Of a stretch of DNA of 64,000 bases, positions 55,030-62,786 are shown in pieces. Each line of letters begins with the position of its first letter. Position 1 is the first letter of the stretch. Under the pieces are notes generated by a model, which was not told the DNA's origin, made no database searches, and worked only from the letters and a program-made list of their open reading frames with translations. This stretch comes from a virus. Made by a program: the position numbers and the translations under genes. The DNA lies in IMG/VR virus record IMGVR_UViG_3300034101_003081, positions 33,386 through 97,385 of that record. One strand, written 5' to 3'.

Positions 55030-55502
55030 CACTTCATCTCCGGGGGTTCTGGCAGTTTCATCCAGTGGGTGATGCCTGGGTAAAGGTCGCTCTCTTGTGA
55101 CTCTCGCCATTCGCCGTTTCTGTATTCGCAGAGAACGTGTCCCTGCCACGGCTTTAGGCATTGGCCGCCGCCGTTCCACACCAATACTTCCTGATCCTCT
55201 TCCGGCAGCCGCTCGCCCACGGGAATCCAACGTCGTTCATTCCGTAGATGCTCGATCTCGTCTGCCGCGTGCGTGACGCAATAGTGCAGCAGCGAAGCCG
55301 AGTCGCCCGCCTGCGGCGACACTGCTGAGAACCCGACGCCGCGAAGCACTGTCACGATGTCCGTGATGTCTTCCCCGGCCCGCATCGTCTCGTCGTAGCC
55401 GCGACGCTCTTTCGCCAGGTCTGCCAGTTCGCACGCTGCTGCAATGGCGTCGTCGCCTCCGTTTCGGATTCGAGCGTCGAGTTCTTTCATGTAGCCGCTC
55501 AT
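55029..55502 (-). CDS. DUF551-like protein
   Basis: AADEIEHLR..WIPVGERLP...ITHWMKLPEPP. Confidence 0.7.
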   Translation of the reverse strand: MSGYMKELDARIRNGGDDAIAAACELADLAKERRGYDETMRAGEDITDIVTVLRGVGFSAVSPQAGDSASLLHYCVTHAADEIEHLRNERRWIPVGERLPEEDQEVLVWNGGGQCLKPWQGHVLCEYRNGEWRESQESDLYPGITHWMKLPEPPEMK

Positions 55503-55846
55503 CGAGAAACGTAGATGCTCGCCTTTGGGTACTTCTTGCAGGCCTCAAGATACTCGTGGCACCACTTCACGAATCCGTCAAAAGTTCCCCATCCGTTGCT
55601 GGGGTTAAAAGTCCGGTAGTGGTCTGGCCTGGCCTCCATGTCTGCCAGGCCAGCGGCCAGCGGCTCGACGATCTGCCTGGCCTCATTGATGCCGTGTTCG
55701 TCTGGGCGCCAGAGGCATTCGTAGATTCCAGCCTCCGAAGCCATCTCGTTCAGATTGTGGGTGATGTTGCCCGAGAAAACGACGTGAGACTCTGGATTGT
55801 CGTGACCAACATCGACTGGGAAGTACAGCGAAACATCAAGACTCAT
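55499..55846 (-). CDS. Conserved phage hypothetical protein
   Basis: NITHNL..MA..AGIY..LW.P...NP.NGWG. Confidence 0.65.
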   Translation of the reverse strand: MSLDVSLYFPVDVGHDNPESHVVFSGNITHNLNEMASEAGIYECLWRPDEHGINEARQIVEPLAAGLADMEARPDHYRTFNPSNGWGTFDGFVKWCHEYLEACKKYPKASIYVSR

Positions 55847-56102
55847 AGGCTTGGCCCATCCTGCTCAGCAGCCCCCGCAGTGTCTCTGGCACGGTGCCGA
55901 TGCCTTGCTTCTCGCACAATTCTGTGCAGAACACGATTGCCGCCCACTCTTCGTCGAGCAGCGTTCCGGACTGGTACAGTGGGGTGATCGTCGATCCGTG
56001 TGGCCTTTCTGCCGCTCTCTCTTCAGCCAACCCGCGAGAGAAGCAAAGGCTCCTGCCAAGTACCTGATGCTCGACGACATACGCTGTTGGCTCATTCATC
56101 AT
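55836..56102 (-). CDS. Hypothetical protein (EEREAI-module family, diverged)
   Basis: EP.AY...PLY...LDEEWAAI...TLRGLL.R. Confidence 0.55.
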   Translation of the reverse strand: MMNEPTAYVVEHQVLGRSLCFSRGLAEERAAERPHGSTITPLYQSGTLLDEEWAAIVFCTELCEKQGIGTVPETLRGLLSRMGQAYES

Positions 56103-56404
56103 GCCTCCTTCACGAACACGCCCTCCGGCGTGAGATAGCCACGCCGGTCTTTGATCGTCTCGTACGCTGACTCCAGGCTCCCGCGAATAGAGAGCCCAGA
56201 GAGTTGGGCATAGATAATCAGCGTCACCAGAACGTCACCAAGTCCGTCTACTTTCTCTGCGAGGTCGTTCTTGAGAGTAGCATCGGCGAGTTCCCCGAGT
56301 TCCGACATGGTCTTCATCAGTTGGGCCTGCGGCGTGCTGTTCGGCACGATCTTGCGGGCCGCCGCCCAGTCTTCGACAGCGAGAATCAGTTCATCAATAG
56401 TCAT
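56099..56404 (-). CDS. MazG-like nucleotide pyrophosphohydrolase
   Basis: Q..K..SELGELA...DGLGDVLVTL...AY.TIKDR.G....G.FVKE. Confidence 0.85.
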   Translation of the reverse strand: MTIDELILAVEDWAAARKIVPNSTPQAQLMKTMSELGELADATLKNDLAEKVDGLGDVLVTLIIYAQLSGLSIRGSLESAYETIKDRRGYLTPEGVFVKEA

Positions 56405-56573
56405 CGTCTTGCCTTTCTTTGGCTGAAGTAATCTGCTTCCGATGGTTGTGCTGCCGACCTCGCGAGCAGTATGGGCACGTCCCGCCAGGCCTGCACGTTC
56501 TGTCTACAGCAGCAGACTTGTGATACTGCCTGCGTTTTTCTTTTCCGTGCTGGATGGACTTGTCGAGGCTCAT
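56394..56573 (-). CDS. Small Cys-rich basic protein (59 aa, not in the ORF track)
   Basis: Manual translation MSLDKSIQHGKEKRRQY...DRTCRPGGTCPYC... Confidence 0.55.
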   Translation of the reverse strand: MSLDKSIQHGKEKRRQYHKSAAVDRTCRPGGTCPYCSRGRQHNHRKQITSAKERQDDDY

Positions 56574-56768
56574 GTCTTTATTGCGTGTCCAGACAAGGCA
56601 GCATGGCGATGATCTTCGTTGAGTGTCAAGCCGCTTTTTGACTGACGCGGCTCACTCACCACCCGCGTGTGGCCCGTTCGCCCCAGAACCACGCGATGCA
56701 GCGGACCCGCGATGCCGCTGCCGGTATGGTAACTCAGCGGTCGCGGGCCGCTGATCGCTGGCGTTCTC

Positions 56769-57062
56769 TCACTTACCCGACTCGTCATCTGCCGGTGGCG
56801 TGTACGGCACCAGTTCGATCTCGTTGAACGTGTCGATTTCCCGTACGTACCCCGCCGCCTCACCGAAGTACGCCCGCACCTTGTAGTGCAACTGCACGCC
56901 GCCGGGACACTCTTGGTACAGCCGCTCGATGATTTGCATGGCGGGAGTGCCTCGCTCGCGAGTAAAGAATCCCTTCTGCTTGCCAAAGCCTAGCGTCACC
57001 GAAATCGGCTGAACGAAGTCGCCAACCTTGAACTTGAAATGCTCGTACTGCGGACTTGCCAT
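56769..57062 (-). CDS. Cassette ORF, hypothetical (FKVGD SH3-like start)
   Basis: Fills the space between two attC-like sites; AAGGAGA RBS. Confidence 0.65.
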   Translation of the reverse strand: MASPQYEHFKFKVGDFVQPISVTLGFGKQKGFFTRERGTPAMQIIERLYQECPGGVQLHYKVRAYFGEAAGYVREIDTFNEIELVPYTPPADDESGK

Positions 57063-57161
57063 GTCGTCTCCTTACAAGAGAACCACGCGATGCAGCGGAC
57101 CCGCGATGCCGTCTGCCGGTATGGTAAGTCAGCGGTCGCGGGCCGCTGATCGCAAGCGTTC

Positions 57162-57545
57162 TCATGCTAGCCGCTCAATCAGTCCCCTGAGCGTGCAGGC
57201 GGCAGCGGCATCCATCGGTCCAGCATCCGCTGAAACGTCCTCTACGCCAACAAGGGAGTCGATGCCACGCTCAATCGCCTCCCGCTCCTCGTCGGTGAGC
57301 CGCAGTCTTGCAAGCCTCTCCTCTGCCTCTGTCAAGAGGCCGTGTAGCCACTGGAGGCTCCCTCGCTGCTGCTCAATCTCATCGACAGCCCACCGAACAA
57401 TGTCGCTCGCCTCAACTCGGTCGCCACTGTCCGGGTCGCCCAGCCCCATGCCACGCACGCCGTCGATCAGCGTGCGAAGGACCGAAAGCGTGTCGCCGTG
57501 AGAACCACGCGATGCAGCGGACATCTCATCTACCTCGTTTGTCAT
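57162..57545 (-). CDS. Cassette ORF starting inside an attC-like site (EEREAI family)
   Basis: MTNEVDEMSAASRGS leader; LTDEEREAIE. Confidence 0.65.
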   Translation of the reverse strand: MTNEVDEMSAASRGSHGDTLSVLRTLIDGVRGMGLGDPDSGDRVEASDIVRWAVDEIEQQRGSLQWLHGLLTEAEERLARLRLTDEEREAIERGIDSLVGVEDVSADAGPMDAAAACTLRGLIERLA

Positions 57546-57584
57546 GGTTGCTCCTGTGTTCGATGCCGCTGATCGCTGGTGTTC

Positions 57585-57926
57585 TCACTTCGTCCGCTCA
57601 AGCAGTGCGCGGAGCGTAGCCCTGCGGTCAGGGCGTGGCGTGCCGTCGTATTCGGTGTATGGGCCGTCGGGCAAAAACGGGATGGCAATCTCAATCGCCT
57701 CCCGCTCCTCGTCGGTGAGCGTGGGGGCAAAATACAACGGTGCGAGCGGCAGTGGTCGGTTGGTTTCGCCAAAAAGGCACTCTCTTGCGAGACTCATGGC
57801 CTCGTCCTTCTGGTGGTCCGCGAATGCCTCATAGACCGACAGATCGCCCGGCGGGCCGTCAGTCACCGCCCACGCCACCGGCTGAGAACCAGCCGATGCA
57901 ACAGACCGCTCATTTTCGTCGTTCAT
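57585..57926 (-). CDS. Cassette ORF starting inside an attC-like site (EEREAI family)
   Basis: MNDENERSVASAGS leader; AAGGAGG RBS inside the site. Confidence 0.65.
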   Translation of the reverse strand: MNDENERSVASAGSQPVAWAVTDGPPGDLSVYEAFADHQKDEAMSLARECLFGETNRPLPLAPLYFAPTLTDEEREAIEIAIPFLPDGPYTEYDGTPRPDRRATLRALLERTK

Positions 57927-57974
57927 AGTTGCCGCCTCCTTTGTTCGCGGCTGTTGATCGTTCACGTTCTGTGG

Positions 57975-58394
57975 CTAACCGTTCTCTGCGAAAGATTCCG
58001 CCGCCATAGCGTCCAGCATCCGTCTGCGTGTGGTCGCGTCCGAGACGGATGCCGCAATCTCCATCAAGGCCGCCGCCGTCTTTCGCAGTTCGACCAGTTC
58101 CGCATCTCGCTCGGCAACCTGCTTTTGCAGCCACGCCTCGCATGTACGCAAGGCGTCTCTCTCTTGAGCCACCTTCACCAACTGATGCTCTAGCAAGTCG
58201 CCAGCCGCAAGCAGCAGGCTTTCCTTTTTCCGCAGCCGCTCTATCTCTTGTGCAGCCTCGTCCATCATCTCTCCAGGCGTTGGGTAGCCGCGCTCGTCTC
58301 TCCATGCCGCTAGTTGCGAGGCCACGCTATTCGCCACAGAACCAGCGGATGCAAGAGACGGCTCGGCCGCGTCTCGCGTGTTGTCATCGCTCAT
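57975..58394 (-). CDS. Cassette ORF starting inside an attC-like site, coiled-coil
   Basis: MSDDNTRDAAEPSLASAGS leader; EAAQEIERLR. Confidence 0.65.
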   Translation of the reverse strand: MSDDNTRDAAEPSLASAGSVANSVASQLAAWRDERGYPTPGEMMDEAAQEIERLRKKESLLLAAGDLLEHQLVKVAQERDALRTCEAWLQKQVAERDAELVELRKTAAALMEIAASVSDATTRRRMLDAMAAESFAENG

Positions 58395-58421
58395 AGTTCG
58401 CCGCTCCTGATCCGTGTCGTT

Positions 58422-58589
58422 CTACCTCTCGCCACCACCACTTGCTTCTGCCTCCACTTGCGGGGCAGGCTCGGAATGCGTTGCCGACCGCCTGTACCCA
58501 GCCGTCGCCAGAGAGAACGCCAAGATCACAACGAACAGAACCCCAAAAGCGGCGTTGAAATCGTCATCCGGCGTTACTGGGCAGACCAT
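58422..58589 (-). CDS. Cassette ORF, small membrane protein
   Basis: Hydrophobic stretch AAFGVLFVVILAFSLA; GAGG RBS. Confidence 0.5.
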   Translation of the reverse strand: MVCPVTPDDDFNAAFGVLFVVILAFSLATAGYRRSATHSEPAPQVEAEASGGGER

Positions 58590-58663
58590 CGTTTTCCTCT
58601 CTTGTGAATCCGGTAGAACCACGCAATCCAGCGGACGGGCCGCTGATCGCTGGTGTTCTGTGG

Positions 58664-58858
58664 CTACTTGCCGTCCGATGGCGGGGCCGGGAGCGACATC
58701 CAGTGGGTGACGTTGCTGGTGATTCGGATGCTTCCTTCCCAAAACTCACCCTCCCAACGCACGGCGACGCGGCACTCGCGGCCATTCTTGTGCCAGACAA
58801 GGCACTGTACATCGTCGTCCGGAAGCCGCTCCGTCACCGGAATCCACTCCCCGCTCAT
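58664..58858 (-). CDS. Cassette ORF, DUF551-like
   Basis: MSGEWIPVTERLP...VTHWMSLPAPP. Confidence 0.7.
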   Translation of the reverse strand: MSGEWIPVTERLPDDDVQCLVWHKNGRECRVAVRWEGEFWEGSIRITSNVTHWMSLPAPPSDGK

Positions 58859-58950
58859 ATTCGTAATCCGTCGCTTTCCGTTGGTTTTCAAATACGTTCG
58901 GTTCGCCGCAGAACCACGCGATGCAGCGGACGAGCCGCTGATCGCTGGCG

Positions 58951-59232
58951 TTATCTGGAAATCGAAACCATGATTCGGCCATCCTTACTCGTGACCGTAC
59001 ATGACGCCCTAAGAGTCCGAATGCCGTCAAGGGTTTCGGCCTCATACTGAACGCCTTCGACTTGAAACGTCACGCGGTAGCCGCCCCAAATCCCGTCATA
59101 GGTTCCATCGGGGATGCGATCTACGCTTTCAATCCGCCTTAGTTTCCCAGCGAGTGTCGCCATTCCGGCCTCCAGATAACCAGCGGATGCAGGAGACGGC
59201 TCGGCACCGTCCTGCGTGTTATCGTCGCTCAT
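58951..59232 (-). CDS. Cassette ORF starting inside an attC-like site
   Basis: MSDDNTQDGAEPSPASAGY leader; the stop codon lies within the GTTA of the neighbouring site. Confidence 0.65.
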   Translation of the reverse strand: MSDDNTQDGAEPSPASAGYLEAGMATLAGKLRRIESVDRIPDGTYDGIWGGYRVTFQVEGVQYEAETLDGIRTLRASCTVTSKDGRIMVSISR

Positions 59233-59265
59233 AGTTCGCCGCTCCTGATCCTGCGTGTTCTGTGG

Positions 59266-59454
59266 CTACTTGCCGCTCAACTGCCTCGCCACAGAAATCT
59301 GCACTGACTGCCACCACGCAACCGAAACAGCGTCTCCGTGCAAGGACCGCGCATTTGCTTGTGGGCATGGAGGCAAGTCAGCAGGCCAGAGGCCGCGACG
59401 GCCGTTCGGCACAGAACCAGCCGATGCAACAGACCGCTCGTCAGTGTCGCTCAT
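59266..59454 (-). CDS. Cassette ORF starting inside an attC-like site
   Basis: MSDTDERSVASAGS leader. Confidence 0.5.
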   Translation of the reverse strand: MSDTDERSVASAGSVPNGRRGLWPADLPPCPQANARSLHGDAVSVAWWQSVQISVARQLSGK

Positions 59455-59494
59455 GTGCGCCGCCTCCTTTGTTCGCGGCTGTTGATCGTTCACG

Positions 59495-59767
59495 TTATGC
59501 TACAGTTGGCCCGGCTATCGTCGTTCCAGTTACGGCCGCGTCAATTACTACCCGCATCGCCTTTGCCAGCATCCAGCAGTGCCACCCGGCCCCTTCCTTT
59601 GTCTTGCAATCCGCCACCTTGAAATGCTGCGGCCCGATGGTCAGCCACGCGGAATGCGCGTCGGGCCAATCTTCGTCGATGGCCTTCGTCACCCGCGTGT
59701 ACCTCTCAGCCAAAGCCCAGTCTCGGGCGGTCGCTTCCGTTGGCAGTTCAGGCATCATCCAGTTCAT
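59495..59767 (-). CDS. Cassette ORF, hypothetical
   Basis: Spans from one site's R'' box to the neighbouring site's R' box. Confidence 0.6.
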   Translation of the reverse strand: MNWMMPELPTEATARDWALAERYTRVTKAIDEDWPDAHSAWLTIGPQHFKVADCKTKEGAGWHCWMLAKAMRVVIDAAVTGTTIAGPTVA

Positions 59768-59858
59768 GGCATAACCACGCGATGCAGCGGACCCGCGATG
59801 CCGTCTGCCGGAATGGTAAGTCAGCGGTCGCGGGCCGCTGATCGCAAGCGTTATGCCA

Positions 59859-60092
59859 CTACCGCAGCGCCGGTGTCTTTGGAGCCGCCAAGTCGCTCAC
59901 ATACAAGGCGTAATCGACGCCCTGCCGCGTGCCGACTCGGTTGATGAATCCCGTCAGGATGGTGTCGATTACATCCTGCGGCGGGCATTCCGTGACAGTG
60001 TGCATATGAGCATTTCGCTGGTAGTGGTCAGCGTCATTGCGGAAGTCTCGGGCGATGTCAGTGAGCATTTGCAGCAGTTCGATCTTCGTCAT
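59859..60092 (-). CDS. Cassette ORF, hypothetical
   Basis: AAGGAGA RBS; fills the cassette. Confidence 0.6.
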   Translation of the reverse strand: MTKIELLQMLTDIARDFRNDADHYQRNAHMHTVTECPPQDVIDTILTGFINRVGTRQGVDYALYVSDLAAPKTPALR

Positions 60093-60162
60093 GTCTGTCT
60101 CCTTCGTTGAAAAAGCATAACCACGCGATGCAGCGGACGAGCCGCTGATCGCTGGCGTTCTC

Positions 60163-60426
60163 TTATTTCTTGCTCGCCCGTTGGGCAGCCCTGCGGCACT
60201 TCGGACACTCGTATGTCACGCCGTCCGACCAGTAGCGGGAAAAAAACGCCACCATGTCTGGCGACATCGGCTTCTTCAACTTGCCGACTCCGTTCGTCAG
60301 CACCTCTGTCCGCTCGTAGCCGCACGGCCACCGATAGGTGACGTTGCTGCCGTCGCGAGCCACAACGCGGGCGCGGTGGCCGTACATCCCGCACTGCGTC
60401 AGCGGCTTTTTGATTGTGTTTGCCAT
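60163..60426 (-). CDS. Cassette ORF, Zn-ribbon-like protein
   Basis: C...GH, WPCG, CPKC. Leaderless start behind TGGACA-17-TACCAT. Confidence 0.55.
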   Translation of the reverse strand: MANTIKKPLTQCGMYGHRARVVARDGSNVTYRWPCGYERTEVLTNGVGKLKKPMSPDMVAFFSRYWSDGVTYECPKCRRAAQRASKK

Positions 60427-60466
60427 GCCCATATGGTATCCAGTCGGATACAGGCTGTCCAGCGGT

Positions 60467-60652
60467 TTAGTTTTTCTCGCCTTTCCCGTAGTTTTCCGCA
60501 TCCGACCGCCTGACGAAGTTCTGGCCGTCGATCCTGACGCCGGGCAGGCGGCCCTGTGAGATGAGCCGGTTGATGTAGGCCCGCGTGACGCCTGCCATCT
60601 TTGCGGCGGTGCCGACGCGAACGTATTCATCGGGGTCGATTTTTTTTGCCAT
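60467..60652 (-). CDS. Cassette ORF, HTH_17/excisionase-like DNA-binding protein
   Basis: TAAKMAGVTRAYINRLISQGRLPGVRIDG. Leaderless start behind TACAAT. Confidence 0.75.
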   Translation of the reverse strand: MAKKIDPDEYVRVGTAAKMAGVTRAYINRLISQGRLPGVRIDGQNFVRRSDAENYGKGEKN

Positions 60653-60731
60653 GCCAGCATTGTAGCCAATCGGATAGCGACGAGAGAGAACCAAGCGATG
60701 CAGCGGACAGAGCCGCTGATCGCAAGCGTTC

Positions 60732-61082
60732 TCACTTTGTCCGCTCAAGCAGTGCGCGGAGCGTAGCCCTGCGGTCAGGGCGTGGCGTCCCGTCGTATTC
60801 GGTGTATGGGCCGTCGGGCAGAAACGGGATGGCAATCTCAATCGCCCCCCGCTCCTCGGCGGTGAGCGTAGGCTGCGGGTTGCGGTAGAGCGGGACGACC
60901 TGCGCCATCCCGACAACCGCACCTTGGGCGTCCTGCCGATGGTACGCCAGCCACAGCGGCACGCCGTTCTTTCCGACCGCTGCCCAGGCTACAGGCACGC
61001 CGTTCCATCGCGATGCCGACCCGTGAGAACCAGCGGATGCAAGAGACGGCTCGGCCGCGTCATGCGTGTTGTCAGTGTTCAT
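60732..61082 (-). CDS. Cassette ORF starting inside an attC-like site (EEREAI family)
   Basis: MNTDNTHDAAEPSLASAGS leader; 3' end nearly identical to 57585-57720. Confidence 0.65.
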   Translation of the reverse strand: MNTDNTHDAAEPSLASAGSHGSASRWNGVPVAWAAVGKNGVPLWLAYHRQDAQGAVVGMAQVVPLYRNPQPTLTAEERGAIEIAIPFLPDGPYTEYDGTPRPDRRATLRALLERTK

Positions 61083-61110
61083 AGTTCGCCGCTCCTGATC
61101 CGTGTCGTTC

Positions 61111-61407
61111 TCAACCTATCCGTTCCAGCATGGCCCGCAACGCAACCGCCCGCTTTCCGTCCTCAACGTGGCCCATCTGCGTTGCGCCTTGCTCGTAGAT
61201 CATGGCCGCAACCTCAATCGCCTCCCGCTCCTCGTCGGTGAGCGTGCTATCCATCGTCACAGTCACGTTGCCGTCGCACACCGACAGCGTGGCGTCCTGA
61301 TCCGCGAGTCGGCGGATGGCCTCGCGCAGCCGTTCGATCTCGGCCCGCTGATCCTGCATGATCTGATCCGCCTGCTCCCATGACATGATGCCCGCATCAG
61401 GACTCAT
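61111..61407 (-). CDS. Hypothetical protein (EEREAI family)
   Basis: EIERLR...LTDEEREAIE...ALRAMLER. Confidence 0.6.
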   Translation of the reverse strand: MSPDAGIMSWEQADQIMQDQRAEIERLREAIRRLADQDATLSVCDGNVTVTMDSTLTDEEREAIEVAAMIYEQGATQMGHVEDGKRAVALRAMLERIG

Positions 61408-61649
61408 TTCGTCCGCTCCAGTAGGCCGCGAAGCGCCACCACTCTGCCGGGCTCAGGCCCGCCGTACCACTCGGCGTCCAACTCTCTCCCGATGGCAATC
61501 TCAATCGCCTCCCGCTCCTCGTCGGTGAGCCGCAGTCGCTCAATCGCGTCGGCCGCCTCTGTGATGCACTGCACGGCGATCCCGTCCTCGCAATGGATGT
61601 CGCGAGCGAGGACACGCAAGGCCCGAACAAGTGTGGCGGTGTCGCTCAT
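61404..61649 (-). CDS. Hypothetical protein (EEREAI family)
   Basis: EAADAIERLRLTDEEREAIE...LRGLLERTK. Confidence 0.6.
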   Translation of the reverse strand: MSDTATLVRALRVLARDIHCEDGIAVQCITEAADAIERLRLTDEEREAIEIAIGRELDAEWYGGPEPGRVVALRGLLERTK

Positions 61650-62518
61650 TTCGTCCTCGCCAGTAGCCCAAGCAACTGCTCTCGTATCCACTGCGCCCGG
61701 CCGCCAGGGTCTGGGTGGTAGAGGTGATCGTAGGCGGCCAACTCAATCGCCTCGCACTCCTCTGCGGTGATCGCGGGCTGGCGGTAGAGCGGGACGATAC
61801 CGTGATTCCCGGTTACTGCCTCGTCAATCGCCTTGGCGTCCTCTTCGATGGCATAGACATCGTAGATGCGTTCACCGCCCGCGAGCATGACAGCCCACGC
61901 AACTGGCTCCTGTGTATCTCGCCCCCGCCCACCCGCTGCGTGATCCCTTGTCGGGGCGCCCGCGTCTAGGGGCCGCCACTCGTCGCTGCCGACGCGCTGC
62001 GTTGCGGCGGCTGGTGGCACACACTTGCGCGACGAGTCGCGATCTGTCTCCACGCATGGTGGAGCAGTCTGATTGCCGGTGCCCGCATCGCTCTCGCGAC
62101 TCCGACAGGCGGCATGATCCGCCTCCGGCAACTGGGCTCTCGCCGCCGGCGCGGCGTCATGATTTGATTTGGCGTCGATGCGACGGCGGTAGGCGTGCTC
62201 GTCTTCACACGGCCGCCCCAGCAACTGAGATTTGCGCCATCCGCCGTCACTCCCGATGTATTCGTCTCCAGCCATCAGGGCCTCGTCAGCCTCCACCCAC
62301 CGCCAGCCCTCGCCCGGCGAATCATTGTCCTCGCCTGCCGATTTGCCGGCACCGGACAATCGCTCCAACGCCGCCACTCGCCGCTCAAGATTCGCGTTGG
62401 CGAGTTTGGCCCGCAGGGACGCGATCTCGTCGGCGGCCTCGCGAATCGCAGGCCTGGCAGCCAAAAACGTGGTGTTTTCAGCCAGATACTCAAGTCTCTG
62501 AACGATGTCTTGGCTCAT
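61646..62518 (-). CDS. Mosaic hypothetical protein (EEREAI family)
   Basis: EAADEIASLR, EPVAWAV...VPLYRQP.ITAEECEAIE...LLARTK. Confidence 0.55.
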   Translation of the reverse strand: MSQDIVQRLEYLAENTTFLAARPAIREAADEIASLRAKLANANLERRVAALERLSGAGKSAGEDNDSPGEGWRWVEADEALMAGDEYIGSDGGWRKSQLLGRPCEDEHAYRRRIDAKSNHDAAPAARAQLPEADHAACRSRESDAGTGNQTAPPCVETDRDSSRKCVPPAAATQRVGSDEWRPLDAGAPTRDHAAGGRGRDTQEPVAWAVMLAGGERIYDVYAIEEDAKAIDEAVTGNHGIVPLYRQPAITAEECEAIELAAYDHLYHPDPGGRAQWIREQLLGLLARTK

Positions 62519-62732
62519 ATCTCTCGTACCACTCGTTGACGGCAGCCGCATCGAACGAGTCTTTGTCTCCAAGGTCGTGCGGGTGTGGGAAGTGCCGCAG
62601 AACTCGCCTCGCCTCTTCGCGAACCTCGCGGCGTATCCCCTTGATTCCGCCCTCGGCATAGACGTTCGAGAGCCGCAGGAGAAAGTCCTGGGCCCGAATC
62701 ACGGCCCAGGTTCGCTCATTGGGGAGAGTCAT
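62490..62732 (-). CDS. BPSL0761-like phage protein
   Basis: MTLP.ERT.AV.....FL..L...VREEAR..LRHFP. Confidence 0.65.
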   Translation of the reverse strand: MTLPNERTWAVIRAQDFLLRLSNVYAEGGIKGIRREVREEARRVLRHFPHPHDLGDKDSFDAAAVNEWYERYEPRHRSET

Positions 62733-62786
62733 GCGGCGGTGTCCTTATCCAGACAAAGCCGCATGGTAGTGACGCCGGAGTGCGAG

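Larger units (their letters stand above)
53362..61112 (+). mobile_element. Array of 14 integron attC-like sites / gene cassettes (CALIN-like)
   Basis: AAC-N5-GAT[G]CA...TGATC-N6-GTT palindromes at 53362-53410, 56685-56767, 57078-57163, 57498-57588, 57885-57970, 58338-58423, 58615-58659, 58910-58954, 59176-59261, 59413-59498, 59769-59856, 60115-60161, 60686-60733 and 61025-61112. Confidence 0.88.

Noticed and set aside
57585-60870. Diversity-generating retroelement template/variable repeat pair
   Set aside because: The few differences are not clearly adenine-specific and no reverse transcriptase is present in the window.
53362-61112. CRISPR array or rho-independent terminators as the explanation for the repeated palindromes
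   Set aside because: The intervening segments are gene-sized ORFs, the repeats vary from about 45 to 90 bp, there are no U-tracts or cas genes, and the R/L box structure fits attC.
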